Shown here in pieces: positions 17,683-27,661 of a stretch of 64,000 nt of DNA; position 1 is the first letter of the stretch, and the number at the start of each line of letters is the position of its first letter. The notes under the pieces are model-generated. The model made no database searches and was not told the DNA's origin. It saw nothing but the letters and a program-made list of their open reading frames with translations. A program made the position numbers and the translations under genes. The stretch spans positions 1 through 64,000 of the IMG/VR virus record IMGVR_UViG_3300031111_000001; one strand, given 5' to 3'. Source of the DNA: a virus.

Positions 17683-18537
17683 ATGCCGGATCAGGAATCC
17701 AAAACCGAGGGTCAGGAACCCAAAAACAACGGCGAGAACAACGAGCAGACTCAGGAGAAGACCTTCCCCGAAAGCGTGGTGAAGGAACTCCGTGAAGAAG
17801 CGGCGAAGAACCGTGTTGCCCGCCGGAAGGCCGAAGAAAAGGCCGACGAACTGTCTGTCGAACTGAAAGACCTCAAGTCCAAGTTGGACACCATCGATCT
17901 CGACGAACTGAAGGCCCTGCGCACCGAGAAGGCCCAGGCCGAGGAAGCCAAGAAGGAAGCCGAAAAGAAAGCCCTGGAGAAGAAGGGCGAGTACGACAAG
18001 CTGATCGAACTGGCAAAGTCCGAGGCCGAAGAAAAGGTCATCGAGGCCCAGAAGAAGGCCCAGGCCGAGATCGAAGCGCGAGAAGCGAAGCTGGCCGAAG
18101 CCGAGAAGGCTATCGAAGCCATGCGGCTTTCTCAGCGCAAGTCTCTGATCGACAACGCAATCGTCACGGCTGCTTCCAAAGCCGAGGCCATCGACCCCGA
18201 AGATATTCAGCTTCGCCTTGAGCGGATCGCTGAAGTCCAAGAGATCGACGGCAAAAATGTGGTGGTTCTCAAGGGCGACGACGATGAACCGCTGCGGGAC
18301 GAGGCTGGTAAGCTGAAAACCGTTGCTTCTTACGTCGAAGCCATGAAGAGCGACGAGCGCACCGCGCATCTCTTCAAGGGAGACAAAAAGGGAGCCGGTT
18401 CTCAGACGAAGCCCAATTCCGGCGGCAACTCCGACAACCCCTTCAAAACCGGCAACCTGACGGAACAGTCCCGTCTGTTCCGTGAGAACCCCGCCCAGGC
18501 CAAGGCCCTTGCAAAAGCTGCGGGTATCGACCTGTAG
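17683..18537 (+). CDS. capsid scaffolding protein
   Basis: VKELREEAAKNR coiled coil; HLFKG..GAGS; NPFK..NLTEQ C-terminus. Confidence 0.85.
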   Translation: MPDQESKTEGQEPKNNGENNEQTQEKTFPESVVKELREEAAKNRVARRKAEEKADELSVELKDLKSKLDTIDLDELKALRTEKAQAEEAKKEAEKKALEKKGEYDKLIELAKSEAEEKVIEAQKKAQAEIEAREAKLAEAEKAIEAMRLSQRKSLIDNAIVTAASKAEAIDPEDIQLRLERIAEVQEIDGKNVVVLKGDDDEPLRDEAGKLKTVASYVEAMKSDERTAHLFKGDKKGAGSQTKPNSGGNSDNPFKTGNLTEQSRLFRENPAQAKALAKAAGIDL

Positions 18538-18543
18538 TTTTTT

Positions 18544-18572
18544 TTGACATTCAAAAACAATCGTGATATGAT
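18544..18572 (+). promoter_or_regulatory. near-consensus sigma70 promoter directly upstream of capsid gene
   Basis: TTGACA-N17-TATGAT with extended -10 TG. Confidence 0.6.
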
Positions 18573-18586
18573 AGGAGATTTTTCGT

Positions 18587-19567
18587 ATGCCGACTGCAAC
18601 ACTCACCAAGATCGCCGATTCCATCGAACCGGCCATCTGGAACGCCTATTTCCGCACCAAGATCAACGAGAAGAACGCCCTGGTGGATTCCGGCATCGCC
18701 GTGCCCGATCCCGAACTGGACATTCTCGCTGGTTCGGGCGGCACCATCGTCAACATGCCCTACTGGAACGACATCGACGGCGAGGATGAAGTCCTGGCCG
18801 ACGACACCGCGCTGACCCCCGGCAAGATCACCGCTGGTCAGGACATGGCCCGTCTGCACGGACGCGGCAAGGCCTGGGGTGCCAACGACCTCGTCAAGGT
18901 CATCGCCGGTTCCGACCCGATGGCCGCAATCGCCGACCGCGTGGCCGCGTACTGGAAGCGCCGGGAGCAGGTGTTCATGCTGAAGACCCTGGAAGGCGTC
19001 TTCGGTGTCGCCGCCATGGCCGACCACATTCTCGACGTGTCCGCTGACGACTCCACGGGCGACAAGGTGGACGGCTCCATCATGATCGACGCCGTGACCC
19101 TGCTGGGCGACAACGCCGACGTGCTGACCGCCATCTGCATCCATTCCGGCGTCTACAAGCAGATGCAGAAGAACAACCTGATCGACTTCGTCGAGGAATC
19201 CGACGCCAAGGTCCGCATCCCGTACTACCAGGGCAAGCGCGTGCTGGTGGACGACAACATGCCGGTGGCCTCTTGCGCCAGCGGTGGCGGCAAAATCTAC
19301 ACCTCCTACCTGTTCGGCCCCGGTGCCATCGGCAAGGGCGAAGGCTACGTGCCCGTGCCCGTCGAAGGTGACCGCGACTCCCTGGCCGGTGAGGACGTGC
19401 TGATCACCCGGCGTGCCTTCCTGCTGCACTGCCGTGGCATCAAGTGGAACGAGGCCAGCGTGGACGGGCCTTTCCCGACCAACGACGAAGTCGCCACCGC
19501 CGCCAACTGGACCCGCGTGTACCAGCCGAAGGACATCCGCGTGGTCGCGCTGAAGACCAACGGCTAA
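18587..19567 (+). CDS. major capsid protein
   Basis: SGIAVPD..GGTIVNMPYWNDIDG, RGKAWGANDL, NWTRVYQPKDIRVV coat motifs. Confidence 0.92.
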   Translation: MPTATLTKIADSIEPAIWNAYFRTKINEKNALVDSGIAVPDPELDILAGSGGTIVNMPYWNDIDGEDEVLADDTALTPGKITAGQDMARLHGRGKAWGANDLVKVIAGSDPMAAIADRVAAYWKRREQVFMLKTLEGVFGVAAMADHILDVSADDSTGDKVDGSIMIDAVTLLGDNADVLTAICIHSGVYKQMQKNNLIDFVEESDAKVRIPYYQGKRVLVDDNMPVASCASGGGKIYTSYLFGPGAIGKGEGYVPVPVEGDRDSLAGEDVLITRRAFLLHCRGIKWNEASVDGPFPTNDEVATAANWTRVYQPKDIRVVALKTNG

Positions 19568-19646
19568 TGGACGGCGCATCTGCGCCTACGCCTACTCCGG
19601 GGGCCTCCACATTGGAGGCCCCCTTTCTTTTTACAAGGAGATCACC

Positions 19647-19850
19647 ATGGGACTGATGACGTTCCGTCACTACCGCGCCCAAGTGGACAAAGAGGCCGAG
19701 CAAAAGGCCAAGAAGGAAGCCGAGGCCAAGAAAGCCGAAACCCAGAAGGAAGCCGAGGCCAAGAAGGAAGCCAAGAAGGCCGCTCCTGCTGCCAGGGCCA
19801 AGAGAGCCACCAAGAAGGCCGAGGTCAAGGAAGTCAAGGGCGACGAGTAG
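19647..19850 (+). CDS. small Lys/Ala/Glu-rich virion-associated protein
   Basis: AAGGAG RBS; MGLMTFRH. Confidence 0.7.
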   Translation: MGLMTFRHYRAQVDKEAEQKAKKEAEAKKAETQKEAEAKKEAKKAAPAARAKRATKKAEVKEVKGDE

Positions 19851-19877
19851 ATCACCTTCTGACGCAAGGAGGCTGTA

Positions 19878-20348
19878 ATGCCAATCGTCACCGTTGGAAC
19901 CAACTCCTACATCTCCATCGAGGACGCCGACGAGGCTCTTGATGAACGCTACATGACGGACGACTGGTTCCAGTTGGATGATGACAATAAGGCCCGTCTC
20001 CTGATCATGGCGACAAGACAGATCGACAGACTGCCGTGCAAGTATGACAGTGCAACGGAGGAGCAAACACTCCGATACCCAATTGTACTGTCAGACGGCA
20101 CCACCCCGGCTGGCCTGGAACACGCCCAAGAAGCTGTTCTTGAACAGGCATGGTACATGTTCCGTAACTACGAGAACATTCAGGGTGCGCAGGACCAGTC
20201 GATCAACAACATTCGCTCTGAGAACCTTGGGGCGATCCAGACGGCCAAGTCCAATGCCGGATTCAACCCCTTCAAGCTCTATGCGCCTGAAGCACTCAGG
20301 CTCATGTCGGAGTTTACTGATTTCAAAATGAAAATCAGCAGGGGGTAG
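19878..20348 (+). CDS. head-tail connector/adaptor
   Basis: NSYISIEDAD..W..KARLLIMATRQID..QTLRYP motif. Confidence 0.8.
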   Translation: MPIVTVGTNSYISIEDADEALDERYMTDDWFQLDDDNKARLLIMATRQIDRLPCKYDSATEEQTLRYPIVLSDGTTPAGLEHAQEAVLEQAWYMFRNYENIQGAQDQSINNIRSENLGAIQTAKSNAGFNPFKLYAPEALRLMSEFTDFKMKISRG

Positions 20349-20351
20349 GTC

Positions 20352-21206
20352 ATGGCGCAGATCAGGTATGAGGATGTTGCAGAGCATCTTCAGATCACTC
20401 AGCGCGAGTTTGAGCTTCTGTCGCAAGCAGAAATCAAGGAGTTACTGGGGATTTATGACGATGGCCTGAAGTCCATCATGCTCGACTTCCGGTACTATCT
20501 GCAAGACGAAACATTCTACACCAACAAGAAACAACGGGCGTTGATGATTAAGGTCAACGCTTCTCTTGGTCGCTTTGAAGAGCGGTTCACCGAGCGGCTT
20601 TCATCCTCGATAAATAGCGCAACGTCTCTTGCGAATGAATCTGCAAGGGACGACATCACACGGTCTGGGTTGCCGATCAAGCATGACGAAGAGTTTCATA
20701 AGAAGCTCCGTGCCCGGCTGGTCCAGAATGCGACTGAAGATGCCTACGACTACATTGCCGGGCAGACGAAGCGCATGTCCATGCAGATGAAACAACACCT
20801 CCGGGCGACCTCTGCCGAGGTGTTCCGAAGGGCTGCTGCTGGTGGCCTCACACAACGTGAGGCTGCGCGTGAGATTCAATCCCAGATCAAAAGGGATGAC
20901 CCGCAGTTCAAGTTCGTGGATCGCGCTGGTCGTAGGTGGGATTCTGAGAAGTACTTCCACATGCTGGCCTTCACGGTCATCCAGAACGCCCGCCGGGAAG
21001 CCTACGTCGAGACGTGCGTGCAGGAGGGTCATGACCTCGTCATGATCTCTGCGCATCAAGCTATTGATCGCTGCCGCCCGTGGGAGAATCGCATCCTCTC
21101 ACTGACGGGGAAGACCAAGGGCTATCCCACTTACGCGCAATCCAAGGCAAGCGGAGACATTTGGCATCCACGATGCCGACACTTCCTCATTGCCGTCAAT
21201 CCATAA
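20352..21206 (+). CDS. minor capsid/head morphogenesis protein
   Basis: FVDRAGRRW, CRPWENRILS, WHPRCRH. Confidence 0.85.
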   Translation: MAQIRYEDVAEHLQITQREFELLSQAEIKELLGIYDDGLKSIMLDFRYYLQDETFYTNKKQRALMIKVNASLGRFEERFTERLSSSINSATSLANESARDDITRSGLPIKHDEEFHKKLRARLVQNATEDAYDYIAGQTKRMSMQMKQHLRATSAEVFRRAAAGGLTQREAAREIQSQIKRDDPQFKFVDRAGRRWDSEKYFHMLAFTVIQNARREAYVETCVQEGHDLVMISAHQAIDRCRPWENRILSLTGKTKGYPTYAQSKASGDIWHPRCRHFLIAVNP

Positions 21207-21215
21207 GGGACTCTC

Positions 21216-21545
21216 ATGCAGTTCAAGTCAACTGTCTCCGTGGTCTACAACACATACAATGGCTATGGCGAAGAGGTCGAATCATACCGCGAGTATATGA
21301 AGTGCGCAATTGTGAAACTTAACAAGAGCATCGCGCAGACCATTACGGATCGAACACGCGACTACGACATGAAGTTCATCACATCGTACAAGAGTTTCGC
21401 GCCGTACAAAGACCTCTTGAGCGACGACTCTCTGACCTTCGTTTACGAAGACGTGGAGTACAAGCCCCTTGTGGTGTCCCGCATCAATGATTCGACGGGC
21501 AAAACAAAGTACGTCGAGATCGAACTGAAAGAAAAGGTGAAGTAG
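21216..21545 (+). CDS. head closure protein
   Basis: synteny; YNGYGE motif. Confidence 0.65.
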   Translation: MQFKSTVSVVYNTYNGYGEEVESYREYMKCAIVKLNKSIAQTITDRTRDYDMKFITSYKSFAPYKDLLSDDSLTFVYEDVEYKPLVVSRINDSTGKTKYVEIELKEKVK

Positions 21546-21546
21546 G

Positions 21547-22023
21547 TTGAGGCAAAAAGTCAAGGTCGAAGGCATCGACGCAATGATCGGCAGATTGAAA
21601 CTCATTGGGGCCGACGTACAAGCTGCCGCGAAAGACGCCCTCCAAGAGGCAGTGGACCTCATAAAAGAAGAGAGCGTCAGTCGCGCCCCAGTTGATACGG
21701 GCGACCTTGAAGAATGTCACGAAACAAAAGTCCATGCGTTCAAAGCCCTCAAGAAGGTGGTTGGGATCGTCTACATCGACGACTCTAAGATGCATGAGTT
21801 TCACTACACACCAACATCCAGCTACGCCATCATCATGCATGAGCATCTCGCTCCGTATGGTTCTGGTGAATACCACATGCGGGAAAAATCGCTGAAGAAG
21901 AGTGCCGCAGGGCACGATGTCGGCGGCAAGTTCCTGCTCCGCGCCCTTGAGGACAACCGGGAACGGATCAACGAGATCATCCGAGAGCGCCTTGCAGCGG
22001 TGTTTCAAAGGGGGATCAGATGA
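21547..22023 (+). CDS. HK97 gp10-like tail completion protein
   Basis: APVDTGDL, YAIIMHE, GKFLLRAL. Confidence 0.85.
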   Translation: MRQKVKVEGIDAMIGRLKLIGADVQAAAKDALQEAVDLIKEESVSRAPVDTGDLEECHETKVHAFKALKKVVGIVYIDDSKMHEFHYTPTSSYAIIMHEHLAPYGSGEYHMREKSLKKSAAGHDVGGKFLLRALEDNRERINEIIRERLAAVFQRGIR

Positions 22024-22406
22024 TTTCAGCAGTGCTACGAGACTACCTCGCAACCCAATTCGGGCTTGTGTCTGGCAAGGACATCTTTGCCGAAACAGGC
22101 CAGGGTGAGAAATACGTCCTTGTGAAGGACTCATATCCGAGGCCGTGGACAGGGATGCCCAGTGAGTTCCGTACCAGTCATATCCAAATCACCGTAAAGG
22201 GATATGACGTTGAAGAAGGCTACCTTCTCTCACAGAGAATTGTGAATGCTCTGAAACCACTCCACGGCACATTCACGCTTGGCAACGAGACGTTTATCGT
22301 TCGTTCAGTCAAGTCTGTCGGATTGCCACTGCTGGCGACATACAAGACATTCCGTGCATATTCAACAAACTTTTCCGTGAGTTACATTTACGACCTCACG
22401 GAGTAA
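22020..22406 (+). CDS. tail terminator
   Basis: synteny; IQITVKG, YSTNFSV. Confidence 0.7.
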   Translation: MISAVLRDYLATQFGLVSGKDIFAETGQGEKYVLVKDSYPRPWTGMPSEFRTSHIQITVKGYDVEEGYLLSQRIVNALKPLHGTFTLGNETFIVRSVKSVGLPLLATYKTFRAYSTNFSVSYIYDLTE

Positions 22407-22432
22407 CACATTTCCAATAGGAGATTGCCAAA

Positions 22433-22945
22433 ATGGCGAAAGACGCTACCGCCGTTCAGATGGGCGTGTGCGACGTGACCTTCAATGCCGTGGACCTGGG
22501 CTACACCAGTGGCGGCGTGTCGGTTTCCATGTCCACCGAGTCCAACGAGGTCACCGTGGATCAGGAAGACGTGCCCATTTCCGAACGCATCACCAAGATG
22601 AATTTCGAAATCAAAGTCCCCATGGCCGAGTACGATCTCTCCCGGTTCGCCACCCTGCTGCCCGGTGCCACCCTGGTCGTGGACTCCGTGGACGAAACCA
22701 AGATGAAGCTGGTCCTGTCGGGCGAATCCGGCACCAACCTGCTGAACATGGCGAAGGAACTGATCATCACCCCTGCCGATGGCACCGACAATGACAAGGT
22801 CACCCTGCATCACGCCATCCCCGTGCCCAGCATGGAGTTCGCCTACGAGAAGGACAATCAGCGCGTTTTCGAGGTGACCTTCAAGGCCATGAAGGGCGTC
22901 AACGGTTTCGTCACCTTCGGCGACGTGACTGCCTCCGCTTCGTAA
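22433..22945 (+). CDS. major tail (tube) protein
   Basis: VDLGYTSGGV; synteny; strong RBS and downstream terminator. Confidence 0.85.
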   Translation: MAKDATAVQMGVCDVTFNAVDLGYTSGGVSVSMSTESNEVTVDQEDVPISERITKMNFEIKVPMAEYDLSRFATLLPGATLVVDSVDETKMKLVLSGESGTNLLNMAKELIITPADGTDNDKVTLHHAIPVPSMEFAYEKDNQRVFEVTFKAMKGVNGFVTFGDVTASAS

Positions 22946-22988
22946 GCAGCAGCCCTGCTAGGCCCTAGACCAACAAACCAATCAACCA

Positions 22989-23024
22989 GAAAGGGGTGCC
23001 TCCCATGGGCACCCCTTTCTTTTC
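22989..23024 (+). terminator. intrinsic terminator
   Basis: GAAAGGGGTGCC..GGCACCCCTTTCTTTT. Confidence 0.8.
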
Positions 23025-23039
23025 GCATGGAGTGAAAAC

Positions 23040-23336
23040 ATGAAAGTTATCAATCTCGACAAGTTCAAGACCGAAACTCAGGTTCAACTGGACGGCAAGA
23101 CCTACACCGTCAAGGGCATGACCGTCGAGCAGTGGCTCAACGACTCCGATGGTGACGGCGTCGAGAAGACCGAACGCGAGAAGTTTGTGGAAACCCTGGA
23201 TCGCATTGCCGGGATGTCCGACATTCCGGTCGAAGTTCTGAAGGTCCAGCAGTTCAGCGTCCTGACCGCTCTGATGCAGGTTGCGCAGGGCCTGGACCCC
23301 AACGCCCCCAAGGAAGAGGGTGACGAGGGAAAGTAA
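23040..23336 (+). CDS. tail assembly chaperone (gpG-like)
   Basis: between tube and TMP; ends in slippery G GGA AAG TAA. Confidence 0.85.
   Translation: MKVINLDKFKTETQVQLDGKTYTVKGMTVEQWLNDSDGDGVEKTEREKFVETLDRIAGMSDIPVEVLKVQQFSVLTALMQVAQGLDPNAPKEEGDEGK
23327..23333 (+). other. -1 programmed ribosomal frameshift site GGGAAAG
   Basis: same heptamer as lambda G/GT; -1 frame is open to 23644. Confidence 0.85.
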
Positions 23337-23353
23337 CGCAGCAGATCAAGCAG

Positions 23354-23644
23354 TTGGACTTCGGGTTCCTCGCCTGTCAGGTGATGCGGTATTACTCCGT
23401 CACCCATACAGAACTGCTTGATCTCCCCATTTACACCTTCTGGGAACTCTCCAGAAACATTGATCGTGTTCGTGCGGACGAGGATCGGCGACTGTTGGTC
23501 CTCTTTTCCCAAGCCTTTGGCGGCGATCCAAACAAATATCTCAAGCATTTGGACAGCCAAGTCGGCTCCGTTGCGGAGATCGACAGGTCTAATGCGGCCC
23601 TGGATAAACAGGGATTGCAAAGACTGAAGGCGATGATGTCCTGA
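23354..23644 (+). CDS. tail assembly chaperone C-terminal part (gpT-like, expressed by frameshift)
   Basis: no RBS; in -1 frame from the slippery site. Confidence 0.8.
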   Translation: MDFGFLACQVMRYYSVTHTELLDLPIYTFWELSRNIDRVRADEDRRLLVLFSQAFGGDPNKYLKHLDSQVGSVAEIDRSNAALDKQGLQRLKAMMS

Positions 23645-23655
23645 CGGAGACAGGA

Positions 23656-26600
23656 ATGTCGAACGAAGTAGGGAAGCTGAAAGCCAGCATCGAACTCGAT
23701 ACCAGTGCCTTTGATAGTGGCATTCAGGCCATTATCAAAGGCAACAATCAAATCCTGAATGCGGTTTCAAAAATGAGCGACGAAATGGTCCGCGCAATGC
23801 GGAAGCAGATCGACGCCATGGATGATCTCGCACAGCGGGTTGCCGAAAATACCCGCCGAGAACTTCAATCCGAACAGAAGCGTGTTGCAGCCGCAAAGCA
23901 GAAAGAAATCGCCACCAAGAAAGCTCAAAACTCACAAGAGAGCTACATTAAGTGGTGGCTTGGCGCGATGCAGAAGCTGGAACGCGAAGAAGCTGAACTC
24001 GACTACCAATACCACGTTTTCATGCAAAAGCGCATGCAGACGGAAAAGAAGGTGGCCGATCTCACGGAGAAAGAGCGGCTGAAAGCCACCCGTGCGGCTG
24101 AAAAAGAAGAAGACGAACTCGACTGGCAGTACCACCTTCACATGCAGCGGCGTCAGCAGTTGCAGAAGAAAGCTGCACAGGAACAGATTCGCGAACAAAA
24201 GCGGGTTGCTGCCCAGCGTGAATCTCTCGCGAGGCGGGAGGCTGCTGCCGAGGCCCGGCGCATTAAGGAGCAAGCGAGTAAGCGTGCCACCGCGATGCGC
24301 AACGCCATGAAATCAATCAATATGGACATGGGCGATGCGTCGTCCATGTTCTCGCTGTCTGGCGGCTCCCGCCGCGATGTCAAGCAGTACACAAACGAAC
24401 TGCACCGCTACGCCGCCGCTCTCGACAAAGTCGAGGAAGAGTACAGGGACGTTCGCAAAGCGAATCATGCCCTGGACCTTGACCTGAAGAAAATGCGCAA
24501 CACGCTGAAGCGCAACGAAAAAGCCCTGAAGGACAACCACAGAGGGCTGGCCGGGTTCACCAAGGGCATGAAGAAGATGGGGAAGGGGATTAACGTCACT
24601 TTCCTTGCTGTCGTTGGTTTGAACCAAGCCGTCGAGCTTGGCAAGAGCATTTTCCACGGCATGCGGGCCGCAGTGGAAGGCATTGCGATGCCGTTTCTGG
24701 AAGCAGCCGAGAAGGCCGAGTCTCTCCAGACGCGAATGAGTTCTGTCTTGAACTCGTCGAAAGAAGGTCAGAAGACGTTCGACGACATGGCAGTGTTCGC
24801 CACAACGATTCCATTCACGTTTGAAAGCGTGCTTGGGGCTGCGACCAACCTCCTGCCTGTTCTGAAGAATGGTCGTGAGGAGCTTGGCGAGTGGATGCCC
24901 ATGATGGCAGACCTCGCCGCCGTGTCTGGCCTGACTCTGGAAGAAACGGCCAGCAACTTCATCAAAATGTACAGCGCGGGTGCGGCGGCTGCGGACCTGT
25001 TCCGTGAGCGCGGCATCAACGCCATGCTGGGTTTTATCCCTGGCGTGGCCTATACGGCTGACCAGACCATTGAGCGCATTCGCAACTTGATGGAACAGGG
25101 ATCACTCTTCTTCGAAGGGGCAACCAAGAAGCTGGCCTACACTTGGCAGGGTCAGGTTTCCATGATGCAGGACAAATGGTTCCTGTTCCGCAAGATGCTC
25201 ATGGACCACGGCCCGTTCGATTATATCAAGGGCATCATTCTCGCGATCAACGAATACTTCGACGAGATGCGTGACGATGGCTCTCTTGAGGCCTGGGCTG
25301 ACCACTGGGGCCAAACGGTTACCGGCTGGCTCAAAAGCATCACGGCCATCGTGGTGTATCTGGGTTCGTTCCTTGAGAACATTGGCAGTGCCCTGAAGTC
25401 CATTGAAGACTTCCTGTACAACAGGAAAAAAGAAAGTGGCTTTGGTTTTTGGGACATGATGCTGTCTACGGTGCCAGTCGTTGGGCATATAAATATCGCC
25501 AAAAAGGCCTTCGGGGGAATACTGGATGAAAATGGAGTGCTTGGGGCTGACGACATAGTTGACCCTGACGCACCGATGACCATTGAGCAACGCCTCCAGG
25601 CCATCTTCGCCGCTATCGAAAAGTTTTCAGCGAAAGCCAAACAGATGCGCGAGATGGACAACACCACGTTCATTTCTCCGCGTCTGACGGCGTCTGTGTC
25701 GTCGGCTATCGAGGGATACAACAAAGAGATCGCGAAGCTGAAACTGAAGGCCGACAAGGCCGGATTGACAGCCCGCGAGAAGGCCGAAGTCAAGTTCCAG
25801 CAGGAGCGTGCCGCTCAGTTGGCGAACCTGGGCACTGACGACAGTGGGCTGGAAAAAGCCGAACAGTTCAGGAAGAAGTTCGATGCCATCTTCAAGCGGC
25901 GTAAAGCGACTATCGCTGAAATGCAGAAGCAAGCCGCTTCCGGCGGTGGGACAGCGAGTCTCATACTGGCCGAGCAAAAGATGGAACTTGAAGCCTTCAA
26001 GAAGAAGTCCAATGCCGAGCTTGCCGCCCTTGCAAAACAGGCGGGCATGACTACGGAAATGCTCAACAGCCGACTGCAATTGAACGCGGCTCTCAGGGAC
26101 TATCACAAGGCCCTGCTGGAGGCTGGCGAGGCTGAAGACGCCAAACGCTTCAAGGATCGCCAACTGACCCTTGAAGCTCAAGAAGCGGCCCTGCTGGACA
26201 AGCTGACGGCTGCTGGTGGCTCCACCTACGACAAGGCCATTGCGAAGGCCGCAGGGGACGCGAAAAAGCTCCGGGCCGGAATTGTGAAGGCTCTTGGCGA
26301 AGACGCGGCTCAGAGGCTGGACCCCCTGTTGGATCGCATCAAGGAACTGAACGAACAAGTCGCCGACAAAGACCTTCTCAAGAAGTACACCGACAAAATG
26401 CGCGAACTGCGTCAGCAGTTTGCAATCACTATTGGTGGTGCCGGTGGCGAGTATGTCACAGCCATGCGCGAATTGGAAAAATTTGCGCGTGAAAACGGCA
26501 TGCTCAACGACGAATACCTCAAGCAGCAGAAGCTCCTTGAGGGCATCTACGACCTCCAACTGAAGCTCCAGCAACTGGCCTACAAGAGGTCGGTGGTTGA

Positions 26601-27588
26601 CCGCATGAGCGGCAGTCAGCACAGCGCGGCCATTGACGAGTTCATGGCCCAGCGCACTGCTGTGGCACAGCAATCGGGTCTTTCGCCCGAGCAACGCAGC
26701 AAAGAAAATGCTCTCGCCGGTCAGAAGTTCACAAGTGGACTTGTCGGCACCGGCCAGAACATGGACCCCGACGAGGTGTTCAAGCAGCGGTACGCCATGA
26801 TGCAAACCTGCGTGATGTCGTATCAAGCAGAGATACTCAAGCTGGGTGAAGCGTACAAAAATGGGACCATCAATGCCGATCAGTTCCGAGCCAGTCAGGA
26901 GGCGGCAAAGGTTGCCCTGAATGACTCGCAGACAATCACGGATCAGGTGAGCAAGATCGAAGCCATGTCTTCGGCGATCCATATGCTGGCCGATGTGATC
27001 GGGAACGAATTGACGCAGGCTCTGACCGATCTGGCCGAAACTGGCAGGTTTGACCTTGAGGGATTCCTGAACAGCTTGGCGAAGCAAATCCGTGCGCTGG
27101 CGATCTCCAAGGCGGTGTCACTAACCATCGAAGGCTTGTACCAGACCATTATGGCCTTGATCTACGATTCCGCGTCAATGACGGCGGGAATTGATCCTGC
27201 ACTTGGCGCGGCCTACAAGGCTGCGGCCATTGGAGCCCAAGTCGCCGCTACCGGGGCCTTTGCTGGTGCCGCAATGTTCGGCAGTCTGGGCCTGGGGGCT
27301 TTGTTGGGAGGTATGTCGCACGATGGTATCTCCAGCATTCCCAAGGAAGGCACATGGCTGCTGGATAAGGGTGAGCGCGTTGTGGACTCCAGAACCAACG
27401 AAGACCTGAAGAGTTTCCTCGACAAGCAGAGTGGTGGTGGCGGCGTCAACATGACCGTCAACATCCATAACAGCGACGAAGAGGGTGTTCTGAAGGCCCT
27501 GCCGCAGTTGAAAAAGGTCATTTTGGAAACTGTCAACGTGGACATCTCCACTGGCGGTCAGACCTACAAAACCATTAAGAGTTCTTAG
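23656..27588 (+). CDS. tail tape measure protein
   Basis: 1310 aa helical; VGKLKASIELD N-terminus; FATTIPFT..AAVSG core; MSHDGISSIPKEGTWLLDKGERVV C-terminal motif. Confidence 0.95.
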   Translation: MSNEVGKLKASIELDTSAFDSGIQAIIKGNNQILNAVSKMSDEMVRAMRKQIDAMDDLAQRVAENTRRELQSEQKRVAAAKQKEIATKKAQNSQESYIKWWLGAMQKLEREEAELDYQYHVFMQKRMQTEKKVADLTEKERLKATRAAEKEEDELDWQYHLHMQRRQQLQKKAAQEQIREQKRVAAQRESLARREAAAEARRIKEQASKRATAMRNAMKSINMDMGDASSMFSLSGGSRRDVKQYTNELHRYAAALDKVEEEYRDVRKANHALDLDLKKMRNTLKRNEKALKDNHRGLAGFTKGMKKMGKGINVTFLAVVGLNQAVELGKSIFHGMRAAVEGIAMPFLEAAEKAESLQTRMSSVLNSSKEGQKTFDDMAVFATTIPFTFESVLGAATNLLPVLKNGREELGEWMPMMADLAAVSGLTLEETASNFIKMYSAGAAAADLFRERGINAMLGFIPGVAYTADQTIERIRNLMEQGSLFFEGATKKLAYTWQGQVSMMQDKWFLFRKMLMDHGPFDYIKGIILAINEYFDEMRDDGSLEAWADHWGQTVTGWLKSITAIVVYLGSFLENIGSALKSIEDFLYNRKKESGFGFWDMMLSTVPVVGHINIAKKAFGGILDENGVLGADDIVDPDAPMTIEQRLQAIFAAIEKFSAKAKQMREMDNTTFISPRLTASVSSAIEGYNKEIAKLKLKADKAGLTAREKAEVKFQQERAAQLANLGTDDSGLEKAEQFRKKFDAIFKRRKATIAEMQKQAASGGGTASLILAEQKMELEAFKKKSNAELAALAKQAGMTTEMLNSRLQLNAALRDYHKALLEAGEAEDAKRFKDRQLTLEAQEAALLDKLTAAGGSTYDKAIAKAAGDAKKLRAGIVKALGEDAAQRLDPLLDRIKELNEQVADKDLLKKYTDKMRELRQQFAITIGGAGGEYVTAMRELEKFARENGMLNDEYLKQQKLLEGIYDLQLKLQQLAYKRSVVDRMSGSQHSAAIDEFMAQRTAVAQQSGLSPEQRSKENALAGQKFTSGLVGTGQNMDPDEVFKQRYAMMQTCVMSYQAEILKLGEAYKNGTINADQFRASQEAAKVALNDSQTITDQVSKIEAMSSAIHMLADVIGNELTQALTDLAETGRFDLEGFLNSLAKQIRALAISKAVSLTIEGLYQTIMALIYDSASMTAGIDPALGAAYKAAAIGAQVAATGAFAGAAMFGSLGLGALLGGMSHDGISSIPKEGTWLLDKGERVVDSRTNEDLKSFLDKQSGGGGVNMTVNIHNSDEEGVLKALPQLKKVILETVNVDISTGGQTYKTIKSS

Positions 27589-27613
27589 TAGTTCTCCCAC
27601 ACCATACGAAACA

Positions 27614-27651
27614 TAAGGGGGCGGTTCTTCGGAGCCGTCCCCTTACTTTTC
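27614..27651 (+). terminator. intrinsic terminator
   Basis: TAAGGGGGCGG-TTCTTCGGAG-CCGTCCCCTTA-CTTTT. Confidence 0.7.
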
Positions 27652-27661
27652 GGGAGGAAAC

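Noticed and set aside
25627-27087. Long antisense ORFs (also 3531-4661, 33868-35319, 39745-41058, 44266-45525, 51250-52536, 53961-55292)
   Set aside because: These are shadow frames of genes with GC-biased third positions; they lack RBS and motifs.
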